Below, piece after piece: positions 45,181 to 58,995 of a stretch of 64,000 bases of DNA. The notes beneath the pieces are model-generated. The model worked only from the letters and a program-made list of their open reading frames with translations, had not been told where the DNA came from and made no database searches. Position numbers and translations under genes: made by a program. This DNA comes from Octopus bimaculoides (taxonomy: Eukaryota): NCBI RefSeq assembly GCF_001194135.2, contig NC_068990.1:25157060-25221059 (forward strand), written 5' to 3'. Each line of letters starts with the position of its first letter. The first letter of the stretch is position 1.

Positions 45181-47902
45181 ACTCGATCATTTGTTCACAA
45201 GTAATGAAAAGGAAAAAAGATCTGAACTGGACAATACAAAGCTATAAATTGGACAACGATAATTGCCAATTATTTTGGTACCCTGCAACCAAATTATTTT
45301 CCTACCAGTCTTACTTGCATTGTTGACAGCTAAAGTTGGTTGCGAGATACAGCTCTGACTGAAGGATATAACATAGAACACTAAACTTCCCAGCCAAAAA
45401 GCTGACGCCATACCAAATTGATCACAATGATTACTGAATATATTATTATTATTATCATTATTATTATTATTAGGGTGTAAACAGGCAGAATCTTTAACAC
45501 ATCGGACAAAATGTTTAGTAGTATTTCTCACTTTTTACATTCAAATGTCACCAGGATTGACTTTGTCTTTCATTCTTTTGGTACTTAATTGCAGCAGTTA
45601 AGCACTAAGGGTGATGCATTTGACTTACCCCTCCCTCCCTCAAAATTGCTGCCCCTGTGTCAAAATTTGAAATTATTATTATGATTATAACAATTATTAT
45701 CTGAGTTGTTGAGCTAGCAGAAATGTTAGTGTATCAGGAAAAATTATTTTCTACTTTCCAAGTTCAAATCTTGCCAAGGTCAACTTTCATCTCTCTGGGG
45801 CTGATAAAATAAATTCAAGTACTGGGGTTAATGGTTTTGCCTACTCCCTCTACACTCAAAATCATTCGCTTTGGGCCTAAATAAAAAAAAAACCATTGTT
45901 GTTGTTATTATTATTATTATTATTATTATGGCAGCAGCAAACTGGCAGAACAGTTAGCATGCTGGACAAAATGCTTAGCAGTATTTCATTTGCCACTACA
46001 TTCTGAGTTCAAATTCTGGTGAAGTTGATAAATTAAGTATCAGCTGAATACGTGTGTGTGTATGGGGGAGGGGTCGATGTAATCGACTCATCTCCTTCTT
46101 CCAGATTGCTGTGAATCATCCAAGAGTTGTCTACAAAGAAGAGAAAAAAAGTCCACCTTGCCCAGCATTAATAACTGATGCCAGGCCAATGACTTGTTGT
46201 TTAGTCCTATGTCAGCTCTTATTGAACAGAATGTGTTGTGGTACTTAGTTATATCGCTTTATAGTCTAAGTTAAATATAATAAAATAATCCCCAGTCACG
46301 AATTAAGGGGTGATTTAGTTGACTTTTACTTTACCGTCTTCCACAAGCTGAATGCAGGAAGCCGGAATAAATACTGCCAGACAATGTAGCTGATGTTCTG
46401 CTGACTCAGCCAATTTGCTACCACATTCCTCACTGGATAATTATTTCTAATTAGAGTTTTGATGCTCAATACCTTCCATTAAAATTCCATATCAATTTAT
46501 GCTTCAAATATCAACTTAATAAGGACAGAGTTATTTTTACTAAATTCTTCATTAATTTCCATATTGAAACAAGGCAATAATGCATTTCAATATAAATATG
46601 ATAGCAAAAGGGTTAAGGAGATTTATGTTCAAAGGTATCCCAGCCATGACCATCCAGTCACTTTTTACTTAACCACACTAAATTCCAGATGACATCATTG
46701 AAATTTTGATACCAACTTCCTGAGACCTTCGTTGGTTCTATGATACAAACTGTTTAAAAGTGATCTAAATTAAAAACTTTCCATCAAGTTTCATATTAAT
46801 TTATGTTCCAAATATCAGCTAAACAGTGACAAAGTTATTTTATTCCAATTCTTCATTATTTTCAAACTTAAATGAAACAAAGGACATGGTAACAAAAGGG
46901 TTAATGATTGAACAACTATCCAAGCCTCACTAATACTAACTAGGACTGACCAAGAAGATTTGAAATTCTAAAGCTAATTCTCTTTCTTCATTGATATAAA
47001 TTATAGAAACAGATGATTTACAGTTGGATGGCTTTTTCTAATTCTATCTGTTCAATCATAAACAAGGTTGAAAAAAATAAGGGAAAATAATGTGCCTTGA
47101 CTAACATATAATAGAGTGAATGGCAACATTCGAACAATGCAATACAGCATCTCATGTATTTCGCCTCCAAATCACCATTTTTTATCATGCTTATAGAAAA
47201 CCTTTGTTACCATATTTCTGCTGAAATATACTGCCTTTGTTTCAATTAACTTTGAAATTAATTTATTAAAACCTCTGTCATTATGTTTCAAACATAAATT
47301 AACAAGAAATTTTGATAATTCTAATTTCAGTAATTTTAAAACAAGAAGTTTGTTTTAAAATTACTGAAATGAAGGACAGTCTTGGGTGGGTTGGTGTCAA
47401 AAGGTTAGTTATTTGTGCAAATACTGTGGGGTTTTTTTTTTTCTATTACATATAGAGAAAGTCATTATATCTGTAAAAGGATAGTAAATGAAACTGCGTG
47501 TTGAAAATTTTCTCAAGATTATTAGTGGGGCAAGTGAATTAAAATGGCCTGGAAGTATTGGTTAAAATAAACCAGTTGGATGAAATCAGGACAAACCTTT
47601 AAACTGGAATTTTATTTGGCAACAACCCTAAACCTTTCATTCTTGATCTGAGACCAGTTTTCTTTTTTCTTCAAGAATTATAAAATTTATCTGTAGCACT
47701 AATTGATATGCCAATTAAATACAAGTGTAATGATGAAGCCTTTTTGTAAGTGTTTGATCTGGTAGAACTAGCAACCGAGTCTTCTCAAATCACATCCTAT
47801 TGGCTTAAAAGAAAAAAAAATGTGGAGGCACAATGATGATCTAATGATGACCATTAAACAATGGTTACAAAAAAGGAAGGATGATCACAGCCGGAACACC
47901 TT

Positions 47903-47959
47903 TGATCACAGGCTTGGTTGATCACAGGCTTGGTTGATCACAGGCTTGGTTGATCACAG
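47903..47959 (+). repeat. 16-bp tandem repeat TGATCACAGGCTTGGT, about 3.5 units
   Basis: Three perfect units plus a partial unit. Confidence 0.9.
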
Positions 47960-50900
47960 CTAACAGGGGACAAAACAACAAGCTTTTTGTTTGTGGTGAC
48001 AATAGTGTTGGGAATAGTTGCAATAACACAAGAAGTAATAGCATTAGTAATAAAAAGTGACAGCAATGATGATGGTGATGTTATAAATTTACCTTTGATA
48101 TCTTCTGCCCTCCCCCACTACCACTACCACTACCACCACCACCACCACCACCACCACCACCACCACCACNNNNNNNNNNTAAGTAGAACACTGGATCACC
48201 TGAAGAAAATTAACAGGTTAAACCTATTTGGAGGTAAATCTGCTTAATATCAGAGAGAGAAAAATACAGAACACACACAAATATATGTGTATTCCCCAGC
48301 ATGGCCGGAGTCAAATGAGTGAAACAAGTAAAAGATTTTATATGTGTGTGTGTGTGTACACACACACACAGAGTAACGTTTGTTTCTAGGTCAAGCTATA
48401 TATATATATATAAAATCAATTTAACATTAAACTGAAGGGTTATTTAATACTTTTTAGTAGTGTCTATATTTACTAAACCATTACAAGGAAAATACTGAGA
48501 GTGACTTTGAAGTTTTGTCAGACTGTGACAAAGGAAAGCAAACTGAAAATTGGAAGTTACTGTCAAACTTTCTCTTGTAAAGGCTTAGTTTTATACATAC
48601 ATAGATACCCATATATGTTTCAGGATTCCTTACAATCTAGGAGCACCAACTCATAGGATGCCAGGACTAGCTAGGTGCCATAACAACACTGAGATCACAG
48701 TAAGGTAAAACAACCATTAGGTGTCACCTGTTGGTAGAGTACTGCAGGTATGTAGATACATAGGTACCAAATCCAATATAGACCATAGATCCGACTTGGG
48801 GTTGGTTCCAGGTGTGGCGTAGGCATGAAAGAAGAACACAATTCTATTTGTGTTCTTTTATATATATAAGGTCATGGTAGGGTATAAAGATAGGTATTCC
48901 AAATGAAGCACTCAATCCAAGTTCTGGGGGGCTACCAACACTATTGGATTCCAGACTAATACTGAAATTTTCAACTGTAGAAGATCCTGGTTTCATGACA
49001 GTATTTTACTCTTCACGAAACTAACACAACAATTTCACGCACACACACGATGGTCTTAAAATGATGATGGTTGGGAAGCAAGCTTTTTAACTGCACAGCC
49101 ATGCTTGAACCCATTGCAGACTGACTTAAAAAGCAGCAAAGGACACTGGCTTAGGTGGACAAGAAGAGTCTTACTAAAAATAAGTTGGGAAGGACAAAGA
49201 TTTTCCTAACATTCTGCAAAAAACATGCCTGGACAAAGGGAAACATTGCCTCATTTGGAAACAGGAGAGAGTTGGGGACAAGAAGGATAACTGGCCATAG
49301 GAAATGTGTTGCAAGAAACCTTGTCTGACCCATGAAAACATGGAAAAGTAGACATGAAATGATGATGAAGTGTTGATATAATATCAGTTTTTTTTAATGG
49401 TTTTTTTGGTGATTATTGAGTGAATTACTGTGAAGTACCTCCTCTACTTCATCATTTCATAATGCAGCAGATTGTCTCTGAGGTTTCATTGTTGGGCATT
49501 AAACAATTGAAAACACTGATAGCAGTTTGAGGTTTTAGGATTAGTAATATCACTGTCCTGAAGTAAACAGTCACATCTATAGCACCTTATGGCTAATGTG
49601 AGGTGAAAATGGGTGATCAATAAAAATTTGGAGTTCAAACTAGGTTGTACAGTATTGAATTTCATTGATCTATCAGATCAACAAAAAAGTTAACTTGTTA
49701 AAGCTAACAACACACATACACAGCTTTATGTATCTCACAATGCAGTAGGACCTGTCTAATTAATCTCTTTGTATCTATTCAATAAGTTTAGAAGAAATCT
49801 AAATAATAATAATAATAATAATGATTTCTTCCTGTTTGTTTCATATTCCAATGCAAATATATGCATCACTGACAGACCACAGAAAATTCTCATTACGCAC
49901 AAACAATATCCTAATATCCAATAATTTTATTTGTTTTTTTCTGGGTTGTATCATTGAACAAAATTTAATCCATATAAAGATTCATGAATATTATCTTCTC
50001 CAACAAGACATCTTTTTTTCTTTCTTGCTCAAAGATTCCTAGGAGATTAAAATATAAAGGATATTTTTCACAAGATTAAACCATATAAAGAGGACTAATC
50101 CCCTATTTCTGTACAGATGAGAGCCACAGGATAGATCACATCAAAAAACCTTCATACATTTTGTCTCTTGATAGAATTTGGTACCATTTTGAATCTTGTA
50201 AAACAGGTTCTGACTTCAGTATAGAAGCTATCATTATTCCAGTCTTGGAGAAACTACAAACGTTATGAGAACTGCCATTCTTCCACTGGCTTATCATCAT
50301 TCAATGTCCATTTTCCAAGGCGGCATGAGATGGATGGTTGACTAGAGCTGGCTAGTCAGAAGATTGCACGAAGCTCTGCTGTCTGTCTGGCATGGTTTCT
50401 ATGGCTGGATGCCCTTCCTAATGTCAACCACTTAAAGTTTACTAGGGGCTTTTACTTGGTACCAGCAGCAGTGAGACCACCAAATAATGTACAAGACAAC
50501 ACCTCTCCAATGAGTGAGGAGGAATGTTGAGGGAAGTTGAGGTTTTGTAGCAGGTGATGAAAGGTTAGAGTATGAACAAGGGGACAGAAATAAGTGTCTT
50601 GCAGTAAAAGAAATACATGGCAACATCAGCAGGAGAGAGGGGGGAGAAAGGGGGAGAGAAGACGGTGAAGATGTGATGGGGGAGGGGGTAACACAAGTTA
50701 CAGGGAGGTTTATATAAGTGAAGCAGAACCAAGGATTGAATAGGGTGAGTGGATGGGTGGACACAAATAGAGAGTAGGGGTGTTGGGGTTAGGAGTTATG
50801 TTGTGGGGAAAAGATTCAACAGGGGGACATTATGTGCAAGTAGGTTTGCAAGGGCATGAAGGGAGAGTGGGAGATAAGGTGGAGGGGAATACAGTGAGTG

Positions 50901-52569
50901 GTGAATTCGGGTGGAGGATGGGGTATTAGGAATTGGGGCATGGACATAAAGGACAAGCCTCCATGTCCTCAATTTTACATAGCTGAACAGGTCTTTGCAA
51001 ACATAGAAAATTGCTAATTATCTCAATCCTTTGTCATCTACTCTGTGAAGCTCAACATCTAAACATAATCTTTCCCTATTTTGTCCCACATCTTCCTGAA
51101 TCTTCATCTTCCATGGCCTCTCTCTGCATTCTTTATGCAGCTGTCTTCATCCATACTCAGCACATTACCATAACAGCATAGTCTTCTCTTTTACATACAT
51201 CTGATGCCTCTTATGCACATTTACACTTTCATACAAATTTTAACCCTTTTGATACCAACCTGCCTAAGATGCCACCCCCAACTTCTATGATATAAATGCC
51301 TAGTTTCAATGAGATTTAAATGAAAACTTTCCATCAAAATTTTATGTTCCAAATGCCAGTTTAATAATGATGAAGCTAATTCTTCATTATTTTGAAAATT
51401 AATTGAAAGCAGTGTATTTAAACAGAAATACAATAACAAAATGGTTAAGATCAGTGATACCTTCCTAATATCCAGCCCTTTTATGTGATATAGCAGACAG
51501 AACCTAAATCACAGCACCACCCTCAGAATATAAATCAAATTTCTCCCTTTTTCAGACATGGCAATGCATGTGCATGTGTGTAGGCAAGTAGTTAGCTAGA
51601 AAGATGATACATGGATACACCATATGATAGCTAGAATGAATGATAGACAGACAGATGGATGGACGGATGATCAGACATAGACGCATGGTTGAGTGGTTAA
51701 AAAATTTACTTAGCAACTAAGTGATTTGAGGTTCAATCTCATTACACAGAACCATAGTCACACATTGACACAAGTCTTGTGATGAAATTTGGTAGATGGA
51801 AACTGCATTGAATTCTACAAGGAAGAACATTGCTATTCTTTGACTAGTACAATTAATCTGTTACCCAGTTTTAACAATACCATCAGGCTGTTGGATGCCT
51901 TGAGTAGAATACACCAAACAATCAGGTGTCTGGTTTAACAATACCTTTCCCACTTCATTCTACAAGTCTTGGCGGCCCCGGAGTTCTTCCTCTGAGAAAG
52001 TCTTAAACAACTGATAAATAAAATAAATCCATTCTTCAGCCACCATTAATAAATCAAACAACGAATTCAGTTTAAAGCTGTTCTGTTATTGTCTTAATCC
52101 ATCAAAAGCTGTTTTGCTGTCATGTTTTCTTAAAAGCTCTTCTGTTGTTAGTCCTGTTTAAAAGCTTGTTGCCTTAAAAGCTTTTAGTCGTTCTAAACTG
52201 ATCAGTAACAACGTAAAACAAAATAAAATAGGTGGGAATGATCAGAACAATCTAAATGTTCATGCCACCCATCAAGTCCTGTCTTTGACAAGTAAAAACA
52301 GATGCTTTCTTTACTTTACATCACCATCTTGCTGCTGTTTATTATCCAGCTCGTTCCAGATTTCATCACAAGGATATCAGGTTAAATCATTCCGTGATGA
52401 AGATACGATGGTACCACTGTAACCCTTAAAATCAACATACTGCATGCAGACACACACACAAAACCTCTCTCTCTCTCTCTCTAACTACTGCTACTACTAT
52501 TAGTACTACGACATTATGAACAACATCCACCCTGTGTATAAACCTTCAATAACAATAATAATAAATAAG

Positions 52570-53448
52570 AAAAAGAAGGGTTTCAAATTTGAGCATATGG
52601 CCAGTAATTTTGAGGGGTGGAGGAGAGTTGATTACATCAACTCCAGTACTTTAATGGTCCTTTATTTTATCAACCCTGAAAGGATGAAAGAGTTGACTAC
52701 AATGGGATTTGAGCTCAGAACATAAAGAACTGGAAGAAATGCTAAGTATTCCGTCCAACATGCTAACAATTCTGCCAGCTTGCTACCTTAATAGTGGTAA
52801 TTCTTTCTACAGTAGGCACAAGGTCTGAAATTGGGTGGGGGGAGGGGATACTTATTAACCCTAAAAGGATGACAGGCGAAGTCAACCTAGGTGGGATCTG
52901 AACTCAGAAAGTGAAGAGGCAGAAGACGTGCCCCTAAGTATTTTGTCTCGCATGCTAATGATTCTGCCAGCTGACCCTTAATAATAACAACAATAATAAT
53001 AATCTTTTCTACTCTAGGTGTAAGGCCTGAAAGTTTTGGGGAGGGGGCCAGTCGATTAGATCGACCCCAGTACTTGAATGGTACTTAATTTATCAACCCC
53101 GAAAGGATGAAAGGTAAAGTCAATCTCAGCAGAATTTGAACTCAGAACATAAAGACAGACAAAATACTGCCAAGCATTTCACCCAGCATGCTAACATTTC
53201 TGCCAGCTCACCGCCTTAATAATAATAATAATAATAATAACAATAGTTTCAAATTTTGGCAGCATTTGTAAGGGAAGGAGTAACTTGATTACATCGACCC
53301 CAATGTTCAATGGGTATTTATTTTATCAACCCCAACAGGATGAAAGGCAAAGTAGACCTTAGCAAAATTTGAACTCAGAATGTAAAGATAGACGAAATGC
53401 TTGGCAACATTACGTCCACTATGCTAATGATTCTGCCAGCTCACTGCC

Positions 53449-53450
<2 letters not shown>
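52570..53450 (-). mobile_element. Head-to-tail array of four family 1 SINEs separated by (AAT)n
   Basis: Four successive copies in the same orientation, heads ending at about 52790, 52980, 53218 and 53450, each abutting an AAT-type tract. Confidence 0.8.
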
Positions 53451-53481
<31 letters not shown>

Positions 53482-56400
53482 GTAGTAGTAGTAGTAGCAG
53501 TGCATTGCACAAGAACACAAGAAACAATAGAAATAAGACACTAACCAAGCTGGAAAAAAAAGAAAAAAGAGAGGGAGATGGCAGAAACCCAACAGACAAG
53601 CAAAAATAACTTGAAGAATGCCAAACACCATATTCTAAACACACCTGAGACACATGGAAGGAAGTTTAGAGTGGAAGAGTGAAGAGAATAGCAAAACGGC
53701 TACAAAAGACAAACAACAGTAATGGTGCGAACACAGTCCACCTTTCTCTGGAACTTTTTTTTTCTCTTTCTTTATATTTAACCATTTTGTATTCTAATGT
53801 ATTTCTTTTTTCTTTGTCTAATGTTAATATGGAAGGGGATGTCAGTTTGACTATTTACATGTGTTGCTGTTGTTGTTGTTTAGCCCCAGGTTAACATTGG
53901 TCTAGTAGAGCTTTGATGAAAAAGGTCTTCCAGCTGTGATCACTCCATTTTTGCTTTCCTTTGCTTTTTTTTTTTTTCTTCTTTTTGCAGACAAAGTATT
54001 ATAGACAGCATTATCTAATGTGTCCCTTTTTTTTTTTTTTTTTAACTCAGTAGCTGTTTGATATGAGAGAGATTTAACTGTTATATCTAGCAAGTTTAGC
54101 AATCACACACACACTCCCCTGTTAGCTTGCTATTTGCTTATGAATTATGGAACTTTTGCTTTTTTTTTTTTTTTTTTTTCAAACAAAAGGATGTTATATG
54201 TCAGTTCCAGCCACTGAAACTGGTAGGAGGGGAGTGGTGCATATGTGTGTCTAAACAGATTGAGGCAAGAAGAGAATGTATTCCACTTTGGGATATAATC
54301 GTGGGAACTTATTAAATGAGAACTAGAGTTGGTCCTTCATCAGTGGCCAATGACTACCATCACTAGCTTGCATTATTTTGATTGAGAACTAGTACTCATC
54401 ATCATCATTAAACATCCGCTTTCCATGCTAGCATGGGTTGGACGATTTGACTACACCAGACTCCAATCTGATCTGGCAGAGTTTCTACAGCTGGATGCCC
54501 TTCCTAACACCAACCACTCCGAGGGTGTAGTGGGTACTTTTTATGTGCCAGTCTAGCGGTACTGGCAATGGCCATGCTCAAATGGTATTTTTTACGTGCC
54601 ACCTGCACTATAAACTGAAAACCACAAAAGTATTAGTTACCATTTCATTGTGGGATAAAAGCTCAGTGAGTTATTACTTCAGCTGGTAACAAAATTCTCT
54701 TTCTTGCAGTAAAGAGTAGATTGTATGATGCTTGAGTATGAAGAGTAATGCTGCAGGGTAGTGAAAATTTGGACCTTGAATATGTTTAGCATGTACTTGT
54801 TTCAGTCATTGGATTGCAGCCATGCTGAAACACTACCTTAAAGGGTTTTAGTTGAACAGATTGACCCCCAAGACTTTTTTATTATTTATTTTCTGGTACT
54901 TATTCTATCTAAGTTATGGCATGTAAAGAGACCAACACTAGTCATCAAGCAGTGATGGAGGGGAGGGGGACAAACAACACACACAAATATATATATGACA
55001 GGCTTCCTTACAGTTTCTACTAACCAAATTCACTCACAAGGCAGAGGTCAGCTGGTTAGGGTTATAGAAGACACCCAAGGGGCTATGCAATAGAACTACG
55101 CCTGAAACAATGTGGTTGGAAAAAGAACTTAACCACACAGCCATGCCTGAGGACAGATACTTTCTAATTCAATCAAGCCCTCATCGACTTTCTTAAGTTC
55201 TACTTGGAAAGATAAGTGAAGGTAGAGAAGAAAGTAAGTGCCCTCTCCTAGGAAATTTGGTGGGTGACTGTGGCAAAAACGGATCTACTCTAAACCTGGG
55301 CTTATAGACTGGAGGACAACAGTTGGGTGAGGACTTGGCCCTTGAAGGTCTGGGTGATCTTGGATCTGTGGGATTCTTTGATTGGTCCTCTACAGCATCA
55401 GGAAGACTACATCATTCATGTATTCCCATATTTTGATTACAATGTATACCTTTTATCACATTTCCTGTTCCTCCCTCTTTCTCCCCATCTTTTATGTAAT
55501 ACTCCCACAATTCGATACCCCTGTGGCAAAGAAAAGAAATTATTATTATTATTATCATCATCATTATTATTATCATTATTACAATAGCCCAAGGCAGCAA
55601 GCAAGACAAAGTGTTTAACAATATTTCATCCGTCTTTATGTTCTGAGTTCAAACTCTGTCAAGATTGACTTTACCTTTCATCCTTTGTGGGGAGGTCGAT
55701 GAAATAAGAACCAGTTGAGTATTGGGGTTGATGTAATCAACCAGCACCCATCCTTGAAATTGCTGGCCTTGTGCCAAAATTTTAAACCATTATTATTATA
55801 GAAAGGTGATGACTTAACTTTCTGATATAATATCCAACTACACACGTAAAGAAGTTATTTACTTAGCGTTAAGTTGCATGCAGCTCGACAAGTACTTAAT
55901 ATTAAATCCTTTATTGCCATTGGCCATAAATAAGCAACACATCAACAACATCCAACTACAAAAGTAACAACAATAACAACATCAACAACTGCTCCAATGT
56001 GCTTCAAATAACCTCAGGTAGCATATAGCAGCCATTATTATAAACAAGCTCCTCACCGAAAGTAATACTTAATGTTAATATGACATTTCAAAGAATTTAT
56101 GAGTCATGTGAAGAATAGCGTTGGTTAACATAGAATGTAATTAGGCATGAAAATAAACTATCACACAGATATATCTCCAAATTGCTTACTTTTAAGCATT
56201 GTTTAACTTATTTTCTAGTAAGTACCAATTCTCACCAGTGAAGCATTTTTCATTGCGATTTATCTTTAACACACACATATCCTCATCAGGGGATTTTCAC
56301 CAAGAAATCAGTTTTAATATAAATTTACATTCAGGAATTCTTTTAAAAAAATTAGTAAATCATTACTTTACAATGTTACATGAACAATGAAGTTGTGTAT

Positions 56401-58031
56401 CAAAGAGCACGGTTCTGCTTAACCATTTGGTTACTATATTTCTGTTGGAATACATTGCTTTTGTTTCAATTAATTTTGAAAATAATGAAGAATTTAGTAA
56501 AATAACTTTATCGTTTTTAAGCTGGTGTTTGGAGCATAAATTAATAGAGAATTTTGATGGGTCTTTATTTGGATCAATTTGAACAGGAAATTTATATCAT
56601 AGAAATAGGAGCGGTCTCATGTAGGTTGGTATCAAAAGGGTCAACACCACCGCCTGGTCGAGGGGGAGGAGGTCAAAATTTTTTTCTTTTACTCCATTGC
56701 AAGCAGGGCCATGTGCTTAAGAAGTTTACTTCCCAACTACATGGTTCCAGGTTCAGTCCCATAGTGTAGCACCTTAGGCAAGTGTCTTCTGCTATAACAC
56801 TGGACCAACCAAAGTGTTGTAAGTGGATTTGGTGGATGGAAACTAAAAGAAACTTGTTGTGCGTGTGTGTGTGTGCACATGTGGGTTTCCTTGTCCTGAC
56901 AGCATGTTACATATCATCATACAAGCAGTGGCAATGTTGATTGTCAAAGTTCCATGAAAAACATGTCTGGGCATGAGGAAATATTACTTTGCCTGGAAAC
57001 AAGTGAAACAATAGTTGCAGGAAGGGCATCTGGCCATAGAAAACCTGCCTCAATAAACTCCATTCAACCCATGCAAGCATGAAAATGGAACACAGACGTA
57101 TGATGATGATGATGATGATGCAATCATTCATACCAGACTGTTGCCCTAAGTTTACTTCTCAGCCTGTGATTTTTTTCCTTACAGATGTTTAGGCCAGGTA
57201 ATCTGCCTCATTAATCTCACCTGTCTGGGAAGAGCCTACACAGGTCATACTGTCACTGACGCCCTAAATTATTTATTGCCAAAAATATAATAAATGACAA
57301 ACAAATGAAAAGAAAAACATGAAAGTGATTAAGCTGCCTTTAAGTGATTCTTTGATGTTGTAAAACATTAGGAAAGAGATAAATTCTTCTTAAAAAAAAA
57401 CCTTGTTTATTTATGAAAAGGTATATTTTAGCATTCATTTCTATGCTGGCTGGTGTTGAATGAGTCTGCAATAAAGCTTGTCTCCATTCATACTCAATTC
57501 TATATCATCATATCATATCATATATCTACAGGGTATAACACACATAAATCTTACATCTAAACAACACTTCATTCAGAAATGGAACCTCCATATAATCATT
57601 TGATCTGTTGTAATAAGCACCCAAATTCCTCTCAAATATTATTCAACTACCTTAAAAAGAAGGTGGGGTGGGGGTCACATTGGATAATATAGTCCAAGTT
57701 GTGTTAAAATAAAAATAGACAGGACATTCATAATTGGAATATCTTTGACCAGCAATGTAACTGGATCAGAGCTGATTCCAGGATAAATAGCAGCTTCCCA
57801 AATCCTTTTTTAGTCTTCTTAAAGATTCTCATAGATGGTGCCTCTGATGCATGGTACCTTCAAAGTACCCTCAATGCATGAAGTCTCTGACACAGTGGCA
57901 CTTTTGACATGTTGGTGTTTGGAACATAAATTAACATGAAATTTTCCTGGAAGGCTTTTAGATAACTTTAACCCTTTTGTAATTTGAATTACAATGCCTT
58001 TTGTCTCAATTCGTTTTGAAATTAGGAATTT

Positions 58032-58035
58032 AATA

Positions 58036-58127
<92 letters not shown>
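58032..58127. repeat. Inverted microsatellite (AAT)n-CA-(ATT)n
   Basis: Direct inspection; self-complementary arms. Confidence 0.9.
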
Positions 58128-58511
58128 GTGTTTAGAACAGAAATAAACATGAAATTTTGCTAAGAAATTTCAATTTACATCACTTTGAAACAGAAAGTTT
58201 GTGTCATAGAACTTGTGTGGGTTGGTATCAAAAGGTTTACCATGACTATTCTGTTGTGGTAACTTTTGAGCAAGACACACATCTTTCCTAGTTCCATGCT
58301 GCTAGACTAAACTGGAAACCCTCCACCCACCAACAAAAAAAAATAAATAAATAGACAGCCTCTCTACCACTAACTACATCACAATTCAGAGATTAGCAAA
58401 AGGAAGGGCATCCAGCTGTAAAAACAAATGCTCCAGCAACCATCTCACCCATGGAAGTAAAAGTAATTCAGTTAATAAAAAAACAATACACACCCATACA
58501 TCATCCATACA

Positions 58512-58542
<31 letters not shown>

Positions 58543-58995
58543 CCACATACACACTTTATATCTCTACCTATCAGATAATTTGATATCTAGCAGCAAATTT
58601 ATCTAATGTGCACGTCTCTGTTTAAGACAGTTGGGTTTGATTTGGGGGAGATTTTTGGTTGCTATTTCTAGCAGACTGAGCAATGCAACCACAGAGGGCC
58701 TCCTGTTGGCATATGTGAGACAGTGTGAGTTCTTGTAGTAGTAGCAGTAGTGCAGGTGGTGGTAGCAGTAACAAGTATTCCTTGGGGTAAGTGATGACAA
58801 ACAGTGAGTAATAAACCTGTTAACACTTGCAAATCAAAACAAAGCAAAAGTCATTAGAGAGAGAAAGTGAGTTACAGTAAAATTATGAGACACTAATAGA
58901 TCTACACACAGAGCTAATGACAGAGCAGCTACCTGCTCACTCCATCTGGTAGAAATAACAATGTCTCCCTCAAAATCATATCCTACTGACTAAAC

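Noticed and set aside
55140-55520. Pro/Ser-rich minus-strand reading frame (PDAVEDQSKNPTDPRSPRPSRAKSSPNCCPP...)
   Set aside because: No ATG or splice framework and stops in all frames. It is more likely a decayed retroelement fragment than an exon.
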